Shown here: positions 54,804 to 64,000 of the stretch, piece after piece
Layout: every line of letters starts with the position of its first letter
How positions within the stretch are numbered: the stretch's first letter is position 1
From: a virus
Lineage: Duplodnaviria > Caudoviricetes
Length of the DNA: 64,000 bases
IMG/VR virus record: IMGVR_UViG_2619619233_000003
Location: 18,086-82,085 of that record
Strand: one strand, 5' to 3'
Translations under genes and position numbers: made by a program
Notes under the pieces: model-generated
Databases searched by the model: none
Told to the model about the DNA's origin: nothing
The model's input: the letters and a program-made list of their open reading frames with translations, nothing else

Positions 54804-55102
54804 GCCGCGCCTCCTTTCGACACTACATCGGTGTCGAAATTGTTGTGCACGAAGGCCTCAACACCGGCGTCACGGGCGTAGCCATAACCCTCAACGAAAT
54901 AGTGAGGCTCAAAGTCCGTTCCTGATGCTGCCAAACGCGCGATGTGTTCGGCGTGCCGTTCGAAGGCGTATTCGTCCGTGCCGAAGTCAGTGATAGATTT
55001 GTTGAAATCTTCCATCAGTTCGGCAGTGAACTTGGTCTCATCAATCCGGACGGTGATGCGTTGCGTTACGTCAACAACAAAGGTTTTCATGTCGAGCCTC
55101 AC
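54800..55102 (-). CDS. Acidic hypothetical protein (B only)
   Basis: 100 aa ORF overlapping both neighbours. Confidence 0.75.
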   Translation of the reverse strand: MRLDMKTFVVDVTQRITVRIDETKFTAELMEDFNKSITDFGTDEYAFERHAEHIARLAASGTDFEPHYFVEGYGYARDAGVEAFVHNNFDTDVVSKGGAA

Positions 55103-55752
55103 GCCTTCGCCAGATCGATAGTGATGGCCTGCCAGTCGGCCTCAAGGCTATCGCGCTTGTAGAAGCGCACATATTCCTTGGAGCCGGTGACACGGATCGC
55201 ATCACGGATAGCTTCCATGGCCGTTTTCCAGCGGCTATCCTCGATCTCCAGCTTCAGCAGCATGAAGACATCGGCGCGGTTCACCTGACCTTCTTTTTCG
55301 GTGTTGAAAGCACGGGTGACGATCGACTGAATTTCGGGGCGGCTGTCGGCGCTCCATTCCGTTAGGCATTGGTCGATCAGCTGTTTTGCAATCTGAAGCT
55401 CCGGACCGAAGCTGATGAGGTCCGAAACCTGCACCTGAATTTTCATCAAGCCGTCATAGGTCTGATAGGTGCGATTGCCTTTCTTACCACCGATCGTCAC
55501 GCCGTACTCGTACGCCAGAAGCGTATCGAGGGAAGAGAGGTCAGCAGCCGTGTTGCCACGGAAGCGGGAAAGCTGCGCGTTGAGATTTTCAGCAAAGGCG
55601 ATGCATTTGCGCACCGTCTGATCTTCGAGCTTGTACTGATCCTTGACGTTGCCGACTGGATCGAGACCGCCCTTGGCGTTGTGCATGAACTCCCGACCGT
55701 TGACGATGGTGACGCCGGGCTTGTTGTTTTCTTCTAGGATGACTGACTGCAT
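55099..55752 (-). CDS. DUF3164 family protein
   Basis: GGKKGN, FGPELQIAKQLIDQCL; diverged from A copy. Confidence 0.9.
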   Translation of the reverse strand: MQSVILEENNKPGVTIVNGREFMHNAKGGLDPVGNVKDQYKLEDQTVRKCIAFAENLNAQLSRFRGNTAADLSSLDTLLAYEYGVTIGGKKGNRTYQTYDGLMKIQVQVSDLISFGPELQIAKQLIDQCLTEWSADSRPEIQSIVTRAFNTEKEGQVNRADVFMLLKLEIEDSRWKTAMEAIRDAIRVTGSKEYVRFYKRDSLEADWQAITIDLAKA

Positions 55753-55785
55753 GGGTAAAACCTCATAATTTAATGTGAAAGGGGA

Positions 55786-56148
55786 TCAGGCCGCGTCGCC
55801 ACCGGGCGGCGCGGAAGGTGCAGGGGCATTGGAGGACTTGGGGCGGAACTGGACGACGTTGCCGCCGTCCTTGGTGTCGGGCTGCATCAGGCCGAGAACT
55901 TCGGCCGTGGCCCGGTTCATGCCAGCCAGCAGCGACAGGCGGTCTTGTGAAGCGCGCCGGTTCCACTCTGCCTGCGACCAGGCGTTTTCGAGTTTGCGGG
56001 CGAGATCGGCGATGCGGCCGATATGAACGATGACGTTCGCAGAGGTCACCCGGTCAAGGTTGATAGTGCCGCGCTCATTGACGACGCCGTTCAAATCACG
56101 CGCCAACTGAAGCAGATAATCGGAAACGCAGTCAGGCTTCGCCGTCAT
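55786..56148 (-). CDS. Conserved phage hypothetical protein
   Basis: Homolog of 14636..14998. Confidence 0.8.
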   Translation of the reverse strand: MTAKPDCVSDYLLQLARDLNGVVNERGTINLDRVTSANVIVHIGRIADLARKLENAWSQAEWNRRASQDRLSLLAGMNRATAEVLGLMQPDTKDGGNVVQFRPKSSNAPAPSAPPGGDAA

Positions 56149-56458
56149 TCTTCTTTCCTCCAAAGTTCGGGCGGATGATGTTGCCTTCGGCCTTTTTCAG
56201 AAGGCTGGTGAGTTCGCCGGTGGCGAGCTGCTCGGCCGTCTTTGCGAGCAGCTTCCCGGCCTCGCTGTCGCGCAGAATGGAAAGCTCCAGCTCAAGATGG
56301 CCGGCCTGCTGTGACAGGGCGCGAAGGGTTTTCAGGACGGTCTGGGCAGAGCGCGCATCCAGCTCCAGTTTCTCGTCCGGCTTCATCTTTCCGGCTTCGG
56401 CGAAGATGCTGGCGAGATACTCCAGATGAGTTTTCAGGGAGGGAGCCGCCGATGTCAT
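56132..56458 (-). CDS. Conserved phage hypothetical protein
   Basis: Homolog of 14982..15308. Confidence 0.8.
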   Translation of the reverse strand: MTSAAPSLKTHLEYLASIFAEAGKMKPDEKLELDARSAQTVLKTLRALSQQAGHLELELSILRDSEAGKLLAKTAEQLATGELTSLLKKAEGNIIRPNFGGKKNDGEA

Positions 56459-57486
56459 AGGCTGTCTCCCATGTCGCGGTTCTTCCAGGCGGCCTGAAGG
56501 TGCTCCAGGCGAACGCCTTCTTCGCCATCGCCGATGGCGAGCATGGATGCGGCTTTCATGGTGCGGTCGATCTGGCGAAGCGCACCCGGCTTGCTGGCAA
56601 TACCTTTCAGAAAGGTCGCGCAATCGGTGCCTTCCTGAACCCCCCAGGCCTTGATGAGGATCGCAGCGTCCGCAGCCGGATCGCGTACGGTGCGAACCTG
56701 TCTATCAAATCGGGAAAGCACCTGTGCGCGGCTGGCGATTGAACGGCCGAGGTCTTTCACAAAAGCCGTGGCCGTGTCCTCGTTGCCGAGAAGAGCAACG
56801 CCGCACTGGTCGTTATCGACGAAGTGCCGAAGCTGGTTGATAGCGTCCGGAACCGCGTTCTGCGCTTCGTCGATGACGAGCAGGGAACCTTCGCCGACGC
56901 GCTTCAGCTTGGCTCCGAGTGCACGGACGAACTTCGCGGGATTGTGCTCCTGGACTTCCAGCGCACCGCATAGCTCGACCAGCATGCCGTGAACCGTCTT
57001 GGTGCTCGGGCTGAGCGTGGCCATGAATACGTGAGGGCGGGTTGCCGCGAAATGCTTCGCGGCGGCAGTTTTTCCGGAGCCGGCGGGCAGCGTGACGCGG
57101 ATGAAACCGGATGTTACCTGGGCGAACAGAAGCGCGTTGAACACGTCCTGCCCGACTGTCGTACGCTGAAAAGGGGGCGAAACCGGCATGATGGCGGCCA
57201 TGTTTTGGCTCGCGTCGAGCGCATCGAGCCAGTTAGCCATCTGCTGGTTAATGTTCGACAGAACGCCGAGATACTTGCCGCTGAACCACGGCGAAAACGT
57301 GCCGTCAGGGACACCGGAGCGACGGGACACTTCGGCTTTGGACCAGCCATAGTTTGTGGCCGCGTCCAAGGTGCGGGCTGCAAGCTTACGCCATTCGGCA
57401 ACGTCAGAAGCCGGATGCTTGGCGTTAAACTCGATCGTCGGTTGAGACTGTTCCCACACGCTATTTGTGTTGGTCGTCTTTTTCAT
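56455..57486 (-). CDS. muB: MuB-like AAA+ transposition ATPase
   Basis: AGSGKT, VIDEAQ. Confidence 0.95.
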   Translation of the reverse strand: MKKTTNTNSVWEQSQPTIEFNAKHPASDVAEWRKLAARTLDAATNYGWSKAEVSRRSGVPDGTFSPWFSGKYLGVLSNINQQMANWLDALDASQNMAAIMPVSPPFQRTTVGQDVFNALLFAQVTSGFIRVTLPAGSGKTAAAKHFAATRPHVFMATLSPSTKTVHGMLVELCGALEVQEHNPAKFVRALGAKLKRVGEGSLLVIDEAQNAVPDAINQLRHFVDNDQCGVALLGNEDTATAFVKDLGRSIASRAQVLSRFDRQVRTVRDPAADAAILIKAWGVQEGTDCATFLKGIASKPGALRQIDRTMKAASMLAIGDGEEGVRLEHLQAAWKNRDMGDSL

Positions 57487-57564
57487 GCTAAGGTTCCTTT
57501 GTTCAATTGTGGGGCGGCCTTCGGGTCGCTCATTTTTTTTCGCCCTGTTGGACTGGAACCGTAC

Positions 57565-59583
57565 TCAGTACTTTTCGGCTCTTCTCTTGCGGGCAGGCTT
57601 GCCGCCTGCCTCGGTATTCCCCGTGGGGAATTGGATGATTGCGCTTTCCCCGCCCGCCACTCTGGCGAGGCCACGTGCAAAACTGTCTTCGAATTGATCG
57701 GCGCTGACCGTCTCGACCGGAGCATGTGCGAGGTTTCCGGTGACGAGGCGCGTGACGACGGAACGAACCGGCGTCTGCGGACGCTTCGCGGCTTCGGCCT
57801 TCCGGCCTTTCTCCATGATCTCGCCAAGCTGCATCGGTGAGAGCGCCGCATTGCTCTTGGCCACCGCCTGAAGGTTCTTGACGTGCGTCTTGCGTGCCTT
57901 CTCCTGGCGACGGGCGGCACCCGTATCGGCAAAGCCGGTTTTAGCCAGGCAGTCGGCATCACAAAGGAAGCGGCCTTCCGGGTCGTAGACCTTGACCGGC
58001 TTGTGCAGGTCGGCCGGGTCGAAACGAACCGTCAGCTTCTTGCCGATCCACTCGTTAAGCACCGCGTTCCAATAACGGTTGCCGTGCATGTGGATCGCGC
58101 CGTCCGGCTTGCGTGCCGTGATGGCGACGGCCGAGAGCATCCAGAGCGAACGCTGCGCCATGCTGGCATAGCGAACGATGGTGGACGGGTCCGCGATCGA
58201 CGCGTCGAACGTCTGCGCAAAGCTGCGACCGTTGGCGGTTTCCGTCGTGCGGTTCAGCCGGTGATTATGCTCGTCAACGCAATAGGCGACATGTTGCTGA
58301 AGGGTTTCGAGCGGCACGGCGCTGTTGCCGTAGTTCTCAGGCTTCGCGTCCGGACGGTTGCCGGTGTAGCAACCCGACATGGATGGATGCTTGGAAATTT
58401 CCTCGGCGAGATCGCGCCAGGCGCGTTCGATCGGCTTCGACTGACCGGAACGCGGCTTCACGAAATGCGGTTCGATGTCGAGGGTCTTCAGGAGGCCGGC
58501 AACATCGTCCTCGTTGACCTTGAAGCGGTGGCGGGTCTTTGCGCCGCCCGAAATCATCTTGCCCGCAAAGGCGCGGCCGTTATCCATATAGATGTGATAG
58601 GGCAGCACGCCGTCATGGTTCTCGATCATCGAGCCGATGCAGGTGCGCACGGCCTCCCATGTCTCGGCCTCGGCAAGCGTCCACGAAAGAACCTTTCGGG
58701 AATAGATGTCCTGAATGCCGATAAGGATGATGCGCACCGGCGTTTGAGACCACGGAACCCGAACAAACAGATCGAGCTGGTGACCGTCGGTGTTGACGAT
58801 CTCCATGGCGTGCAGGTGGGTCACGGTGCGTTTCTGCGCCGGGAAAAGCTGCTTTGCCTTGTCCTTGCCTTCGCGGGCGATGATCTGGGCGGCCTTCGGC
58901 ACTTCCGCGTCAAGACGGCGACGCAAAGAACGCTCCGAAGGGATCGGTGACAGGTTCTGGTCGTTGGCAACCATCATCATGCGGCGATAGCAGGCGCTAA
59001 AAGACGGGCGTTCCGGCCGCAGGAAGTCGGATTTCAGGATTTTCCATGCCTCCGGATGGCAGGGGGTGACATCGGCGGCTTCACCGTTGGCGCTGCCCGC
59101 GAAAGCTGGAGCGAGGGCGGCAAGCCAGTCCTGGCGGGAATGGCCTTCGACCATCTTGCGCCATTCGTAATAGGTGGCGGGCACGATATCGGCCCTGCGG
59201 GTGACGTGGGCGACGGCATGTTTCATGCTGATGCCCGAGGCCCGTAGTTCTTCCACCTCGGTAAGGACGGAAAAGCGGGTCTTGCAGATCGCTTTATGGG
59301 TGTCTGAAAGGGCCTCAAAACGGTCCCAAAGCATCTTTGAGAGTTTCGTCGGGCGCGGATCGGTCGGCTCGGCATTGAGAAATGCGATCTTCGCCTGGGC
59401 CACGGAAGGCAGGAAAGAATAATGGTACTCAAACCCGCCGCCTTGTCCGGCCTTTGTGCGGGCTTTCGCGGTGGATCGCACGCCAGAGCGAGCGATAAAC
59501 AACTCAAGCCCTTGGCGCGTGCTTGGAATACCCGGCAAAGCTGCCTGGGCCAATTCGGCGGATGTGAACCATTCTTTCTTCAT
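57565..59583 (-). CDS. muA: MuA-like DDE transposase
   Basis: DGH / DNG / KPIER catalytic motifs. Confidence 0.97.
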   Translation of the reverse strand: MKKEWFTSAELAQAALPGIPSTRQGLELFIARSGVRSTAKARTKAGQGGGFEYHYSFLPSVAQAKIAFLNAEPTDPRPTKLSKMLWDRFEALSDTHKAICKTRFSVLTEVEELRASGISMKHAVAHVTRRADIVPATYYEWRKMVEGHSRQDWLAALAPAFAGSANGEAADVTPCHPEAWKILKSDFLRPERPSFSACYRRMMMVANDQNLSPIPSERSLRRRLDAEVPKAAQIIAREGKDKAKQLFPAQKRTVTHLHAMEIVNTDGHQLDLFVRVPWSQTPVRIILIGIQDIYSRKVLSWTLAEAETWEAVRTCIGSMIENHDGVLPYHIYMDNGRAFAGKMISGGAKTRHRFKVNEDDVAGLLKTLDIEPHFVKPRSGQSKPIERAWRDLAEEISKHPSMSGCYTGNRPDAKPENYGNSAVPLETLQQHVAYCVDEHNHRLNRTTETANGRSFAQTFDASIADPSTIVRYASMAQRSLWMLSAVAITARKPDGAIHMHGNRYWNAVLNEWIGKKLTVRFDPADLHKPVKVYDPEGRFLCDADCLAKTGFADTGAARRQEKARKTHVKNLQAVAKSNAALSPMQLGEIMEKGRKAEAAKRPQTPVRSVVTRLVTGNLAHAPVETVSADQFEDSFARGLARVAGGESAIIQFPTGNTEAGGKPARKRRAEKY

Positions 59584-60044
59584 TTGCGCACCCGACGAAT
59601 GTGCACCGGCGTCGCCTGAAGAACTTTCAATTCTTGGGCGAGCTTCTTTTGCTCTTGGCGAATGCGGGACATTTCCGCGAGGCGGGCTTCGTCGCCTTCG
59701 AGCAGCAACAGGCCGTCATCGGAAACGACGACATCCCAGAGCCAGAAGGCATTGGTGGCGCGAACGAACGCCTTGAAGCGCGGCATGCTGATGTCGTGGG
59801 CGGTCTTGCTTTCGGCGGTATAGCTGTCGAGAGCCGACTTCGAGACCTTGTCCAGGCCGAGGTAATAGGCCATGCGCGCCGCGATCGTGTCGCGGTCATA
59901 TTGGCATTCGCGGATGGCACGGGCCATTTCGCGTTTCAGGGTCGAACGGAAGCGGTCGATATCGAGACGCTCCGATGCAGAGCGCACCGGAAAAACCGTC
60001 TCCTTGAAAAAGTCCATCTGGTTGGGGTCGCGTTTCGTGCTCAT
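59580..60044 (-). CDS. Conserved protein upstream of MuA
   Basis: Identical protein to 18429..18893. Confidence 0.85.
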   Translation of the reverse strand: MSTKRDPNQMDFFKETVFPVRSASERLDIDRFRSTLKREMARAIRECQYDRDTIAARMAYYLGLDKVSKSALDSYTAESKTAHDISMPRFKAFVRATNAFWLWDVVVSDDGLLLLEGDEARLAEMSRIRQEQKKLAQELKVLQATPVHIRRVRK

Positions 60045-60886
60045 GCTGCCTCCTCGCGGATCGCAGCCATGAGGGCATCCGGCGTGTCAGACATGCCGAT
60101 GTGCTCAAGGAAGCTATCGCGGGTTTCCTCGCTCGCCTCGTCCCAGGCGGCGATCAGTTTGGTGAGGATGATGGATTGAGAAGAGGCGGGCGGCGTAGTG
60201 ACCAGAGCCGGAGGCTTGGTGAAAGCCAGAACCTTCTTCACGTCCGGCTCGTGCTTCAGCGCTGCTGCGACCTTCACCTGATCTTCACGGGGAAGTTTCG
60301 CCAGCGTCAAAAGCTGCGATTGATCGTTTTCGGCCGTGGTACCGCGAACCGCCTGCCGCAGGACCGGGTCAAGCTTGGTTCCGATGCTAACGGCCCTCTC
60401 GTACTTGTCCTGGCTTATGCCGAGACGTTCCTGCACCAACTTGGACAATTCGCGGCCGGCGCTGAAAACCAAACCCGCATCTTGCGGTTTTGATTTTTGG
60501 TCGCCACCCCGCTTGATCTTCCCGTGTTTTTCCTCCCACAACTCGCGATACTTCATGACGAAGATGGCGCGGTCGAGCGGGTTCAACTCGTTGCGGTAGA
60601 GGTTCTCGGAGATTTCGAGCAACTGCGCCTCGACAGCGTCAGCCTTGACGACAATGGCGTCGATCTCCGTCCAGCCGAGCAGCGTTGCGGCGGTGGTGCG
60701 ATAGCCGCCAGCGACCAGCGTGTAAGGAGTTCCCTTTTTCGCAGGCGTCTTACGGATCATGATCGGGCTGATTTGCCCGTGTTCAGACATCGAGGCAGCG
60801 ATCGCCTCGGCATAATCCATGTCGATCGGGCGCAGCCGCTCACCGACATGAATGCTCGATAGGGTGGCGCGGATGAACTCAGCCAT
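60041..60886 (-). CDS. ParB-like protein
   Basis: Homolog of 18890..19735 with different central HTH. Confidence 0.9.
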   Translation of the reverse strand: MAEFIRATLSSIHVGERLRPIDMDYAEAIAASMSEHGQISPIMIRKTPAKKGTPYTLVAGGYRTTAATLLGWTEIDAIVVKADAVEAQLLEISENLYRNELNPLDRAIFVMKYRELWEEKHGKIKRGGDQKSKPQDAGLVFSAGRELSKLVQERLGISQDKYERAVSIGTKLDPVLRQAVRGTTAENDQSQLLTLAKLPREDQVKVAAALKHEPDVKKVLAFTKPPALVTTPPASSQSIILTKLIAAWDEASEETRDSFLEHIGMSDTPDALMAAIREEAA

Positions 60887-61253
60887 AGGAGGCTTCCTGT
60901 CCGGCCGAGGCCTCGTAGAGCATTTCCATAAAGGTGTCTTTGGCGCGGGCGGCAATGCGCTCGTAAGCCTTGTCAAAAAGCGGCTCGTAACGCCGCGCCT
61001 CGACGACGCGAACGGCTTGCATCACAGTCCAGCGGGCAACGCCTAGAAGCACGACCAGGCGGCGGCGCGGAACGTTGAAATCGATGTGGAGCACATAGAT
61101 CGCCATCTGCCGTGCGAGCTTCGCATCGAACATTTCGGCGGGCGGGTTGATGATGTGGCGCAGTGGCAGGTGGTTGAAATGCGAACGGCTGGCGCGGTAG
61201 CTGGCCGCTACCATCGCCTGCAAACGCTCTTCGTCGGAATAAGGGTTTACCAT
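60879..61253 (-). CDS. DnaA C-terminal-like HTH protein
   Basis: Homolog of 19728..20102. Confidence 0.7.
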   Translation of the reverse strand: MVNPYSDEERLQAMVAASYRASRSHFNHLPLRHIINPPAEMFDAKLARQMAIYVLHIDFNVPRRRLVVLLGVARWTVMQAVRVVEARRYEPLFDKAYERIAARAKDTFMEMLYEASAGQEASYG

Positions 61254-61384
61254 CGGAACCTCGGGTTCGTCGCGCAGCGACGGCATGGGGGCAGTTAGAT
61301 GCCGGGGCGGTGGGGACGGGATTTTGGCCGCCCCGGCATCTGTCATCGCTCCCTGGGGTAACAGAGCGACGGTTCGGGAAATTC

Positions 61385-61525
61385 TCAGGAGCGGTCTAGG
61401 GCGCTGGTCAGTAAGAGGCCGGCGACGAGGAACCAGCCCCAATGGCCTTTATCGTTCCAGGCCATGACGGCGGCGGCGGCGATCGAAATCGCGGAACCAG
61501 CAGCCAGAAGCAGCGACGAACTCAA
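61385..61525 (-). CDS. 46-aa two-TM membrane protein (B only)
   Basis: TTG start overlapping upstream TGA; hydrophobic, GWGWF-like motif. Confidence 0.6.
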   Translation of the reverse strand: MSSSLLLAAGSAISIAAAAVMAWNDKGHWGWFLVAGLLLTSALDRS

Positions 61526-62211
61526 TTCGCACCGCCTTCGTCGCCCATGCGCTTGACCAGCAGGGCGCAAATCTCCGCCTGCATGTCGATCGTCAGGCAA
61601 TCAACAAGCTTGGCGTCGATATCATCGTCGCCTTCGCCTAGAAGGAGATCGACCAGCTTGTTTCCGGGTGTCATGTGGACATCGGCGTCCATAACGGTAG
61701 CGCCCGCCTCTGCAGAGAGGACTTCCTGCAGAGCTTCCTGCAGGATGGTGTCATCGAGCAGGATGGAAGAAGGGGCATAACCGGCCGCAAGTTTCGCCTC
61801 GTTAAGAGCGTGGGCCGCAACAACAATTGCGCGGGCCTGCCGCAAACGTTCGCTATCCACGGCTTCAAGATCAACGACGCAGGCAACGGTGCGCGGATGT
61901 TTGACTACGCGCTCTTCTGCTGTTTTTTCCAAAGGCTGATAGGGAGACGGCGTAAAATGAAGAACATCAGACGGATGGGGGCGCTCGATAAGCCCGTTTT
62001 TCACGCGCTCGTGCCAGTCTGCGAACTCTTCGAAGGTGGGGCCTTCAAACTGGCGCTGCTTCACGCCGGTTGCGAAGAAATAATAGGCCTCGCGTTTATT
62101 CTGCGCGCGCTCGACGATGTTGTCGAAGGTGGTGATGACGAGGTCCATGACCCGTGGCGGGACGCGGTCAAAGAAAGGCACTGCGACGTAGTTGCGGACT
62201 GCTGCGGTCAT
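61522..62211 (-). CDS. Conserved phage hypothetical protein
   Basis: Homolog of 20234..20920. Confidence 0.8.
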   Translation of the reverse strand: MTAAVRNYVAVPFFDRVPPRVMDLVITTFDNIVERAQNKREAYYFFATGVKQRQFEGPTFEEFADWHERVKNGLIERPHPSDVLHFTPSPYQPLEKTAEERVVKHPRTVACVVDLEAVDSERLRQARAIVVAAHALNEAKLAAGYAPSSILLDDTILQEALQEVLSAEAGATVMDADVHMTPGNKLVDLLLGEGDDDIDAKLVDCLTIDMQAEICALLVKRMGDEGGAN

Positions 62212-62501
62212 TGAGCTGCTCCATAGTTTTTGAGGATGGCAAAAAGGACGGCCGAAACGCCTGCGAACGCAGGACTAAAAATCAGCAGGGTTTCGGCCCA
62301 CCGGCACACGCGAGAGTGTGACGGAATGAAAATCGGGCTGTCGAAATTGGCATGCGGTTTCGTCATTGTGGGGTGTCGGCTGATCGGCGATTGTCGGGGT
62401 GTGGAGCGATCGAGAGATTGGGTCTGACAGCCGGGGCGAACGAACGCCTTGCACTCGTGCGGTAGGCTAGAGCAGCAATCCCGAACCGTTCCACGCTTCA
62501 T
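62208..62501 (-). CDS. Small membrane protein downstream of ner
   Basis: Homolog of 20917..21210. Confidence 0.55.
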   Translation of the reverse strand: MKRGTVRDCCSSLPHECKAFVRPGCQTQSLDRSTPRQSPISRHPTMTKPHANFDSPIFIPSHSRVCRWAETLLIFSPAFAGVSAVLFAILKNYGAAQ

Positions 62502-62827
62502 GCTGCGGCTTGCTCCGCTTCGGCGGCGCGACGGCCGTTCCGATAATTCTCAGATGGCTGCGGGCTGAGCCTGCGACCATCGGCCAGATAACGGGAGAAC
62601 CAGAGAAGGTGCGGCCGGGTGTCCAGGGCCGCCGCGATTGCGCGTTCACCAGCCACATGGGGCTCGTAGACTGCATTGCCGGCGGTGCCAGACGGCAGGC
62701 CGTATTTCTTGTCGATCTCGGCAAGCGTGGTTTTGGCGAGGATGAGCATGCCCTTGATCCGGGCAATTTCTTCCAGCCGCTTGCGTTCGGCAAGGCTTAC
62801 CTTGCCGTTGTCAGAGACACGGTGCAT
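62498..62827 (-). CDS. ner: Ner-like transcriptional regulator
   Basis: GERAIAAAL...LWFSRY. Confidence 0.9.
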   Translation of the reverse strand: MHRVSDNGKVSLAERKRLEEIARIKGMLILAKTTLAEIDKKYGLPSGTAGNAVYEPHVAGERAIAAALDTRPHLLWFSRYLADGRRLSPQPSENYRNGRRAAEAEQAAA

Positions 62828-62905
62828 AAAGGATTCCTTCCAGAAGGGAGGCCCTGACCGGCCTCCTTTTTTGGGGTTATTAATTCTGCGAACACAGAAA
62901 GGAAT

Positions 62906-62944
62906 AAATCAGAATTCTGATTTTGTAAATCGGAAATCGGATTT
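62906..62944. promoter_or_regulatory. Two 18-bp operator palindromes AAATC-N8-GATTT
   Basis: AAATCAGAATTCTGATTT and AAATCGGAAATCGGATTT. Confidence 0.7.
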
Positions 62945-62957
62945 ATGCGGTGATTTA

Positions 62958-63644
62958 TTGGCTAGACCTGAGATTCCGTCAAAAACGGCGCTCGGCACGC
63001 GTCTTCGTGAGTTGCGAAGAAAGCTTGGCGATCCTGAAAGAGACGTGTTTGCGGCCCAGCTCGGCGTCAGCAAAACGACGCTAGGAAACTACGAAAAGGG
63101 AGACTCGGAGCCGACCGCTTCGGTGCTAGATTCGTATCGCCATAATTTCGGAGCTAATGTCCTCTGGATACTGACGGGCGAAGGCGACATGTTTTCCGAA
63201 TCCGCGACTGTAACCGAAGGCGTCGATATGGTGGAAATTCCATTGTACGATGTCCAGGCTGCTGCTGGCTCTGGCCTCATTCCCAAAGACGATGGACTAC
63301 ATAACTCTGTGGCCTTCAGCCGCGCCTTCCTGCAAAGCATTGGCGCGAAACCTGAGAGTTGCATCATGCTAGAAGCCAAAGGCGAGAGCATGCTGCCGAC
63401 CATTCCAGACGGCGCATTCATGATCGTCGATCAAAGCAAGACTGACATCGCCGATGACCAAGTTTTCGTGTTCCGCGTCGGGCCTGGCATTAAGGTGAAG
63501 CGAGCAAACTGGCGCATGGACGGCTCGTTAGAGCTGCGTTCCGATAACGAGCACAATGGCTATCCGAAAGAAGTCATCAACGAGGACGTAGCAGATGATC
63601 TTTCCGTCATCGGCCAAGTGCTCTCTCTTCTTCGTCGAGCCTAA
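62958..63644 (+). CDS. CI-type repressor: XRE HTH + S24 peptidase
   Basis: Homolog of 21668..22354; TTG start. Confidence 0.93.
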   Translation: MARPEIPSKTALGTRLRELRRKLGDPERDVFAAQLGVSKTTLGNYEKGDSEPTASVLDSYRHNFGANVLWILTGEGDMFSESATVTEGVDMVEIPLYDVQAAAGSGLIPKDDGLHNSVAFSRAFLQSIGAKPESCIMLEAKGESMLPTIPDGAFMIVDQSKTDIADDQVFVFRVGPGIKVKRANWRMDGSLELRSDNEHNGYPKEVINEDVADDLSVIGQVLSLLRRA

Positions 63645-63668
63645 TTTAAGAATCGCTCAGAGGTGGCA

Positions 63669-63702
63669 TTGACTCATTTCGCAATGAGAACAAAATAGGA
63701 AC
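63669..63702 (+). promoter_or_regulatory. Promoter with LexA box
   Basis: TTGACT and GAAC-AAAATAG-GAAC (63688-63702). Confidence 0.8.
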
Positions 63703-63733
63703 ATTAGTAACGCCAAATGTGAGGTAAGAGGGT

Positions 63734-64000
63734 ATGGCGCCGGCTGATAAGTTCATTGTTGTTCCATTCGCAGAACGGAGAATTGAGATGGTGAATGTCG
63801 ATTGGAAGAGCGCGCCGAAGAATGCCCGCTGGTGGGCGGTCGATGCCAATGGCGAAGCGCACTGGTTTTGCGAACCGGACATCGCGGCGTTTACCGACTT
63901 CTGGTTTTCAGAGCCGATCGGCGCACCTTCATTCGGCTTCGATGGCGACTGGAGAACGAGCTTAACAGAACGCCCGTCGCGGTTTGGCTTGGTCAGGTAA
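63734..64000 (+). CDS. Trp-rich small phage protein, probably SOS-regulated
   Basis: Homolog of 22444..22710. Confidence 0.8.
   Translation: MAPADKFIVVPFAERRIEMVNVDWKSAPKNARWWAVDANGEAHWFCEPDIAAFTDFWFSEPIGAPSFGFDGDWRTSLTERPSRFGLVR

Larger units (their letters stand above)
23137..64000 (-). mobile_element. Mu-like transposable prophage B (nearly complete; left end just beyond window)
   Basis: Full gene set from repressor to com/MTase; offset to A homologs about 41.3 kb; the right-end boundary near 23137 is inferred. Confidence 0.93.

Noticed and set aside
1-64000. Tandem copies as an assembly duplication
   Set aside because: The copies differ by abundant synonymous changes, indels and whole-module swaps; only the junction itself needs long-read confirmation
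1-64000. tRNA or rRNA genes
   Set aside because: No cloverleaf or rRNA-like segment recognised; nearly all sequence is accounted for by phage CDS

Overview
The window is made up of two related Mu-like (transposable) prophages lying head-to-tail in the same orientation (minus strand). High GC content and a GAAC-N7-GAAC LexA box suggest an alphaproteobacterial, probably Rhizobiaceae, host (inferred). Prophage A (<1-23136) shows head, packaging, lysis, early and immunity genes and a ...GTACA left end. Prophage B (23137->64000, about 41.3 kb by the offset between homologous genes) is nearly complete, with a siphovirus-type tail. The most notable observations are: (1) a com-linked C5 methyltransferase locus that is dual-coded over about 900 nt, with two same-strand frames starting 2 nt apart behind one Shine-Dalgarno and the conserved motifs split between them; (2) A's left end directly abuts what looks like B's right end lacking its terminal TG; (3) the siblings keep catalytic cores but differ in the DNA-recognition helices of MuA, ParB, repressor and Mor, with co-varying operators and promoter dyads; (4) a swapped terminase module that retains a shared C-terminal tail; (5) a tandem CCHC zinc-knuckle gene in the tail operon; (6) an antisense moron spanned by a translationally coupled sense ORF; (7) a LexA-boxed gene of unknown function at both left ends. 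All family calls are by motif and synteny recognition, without database searches.
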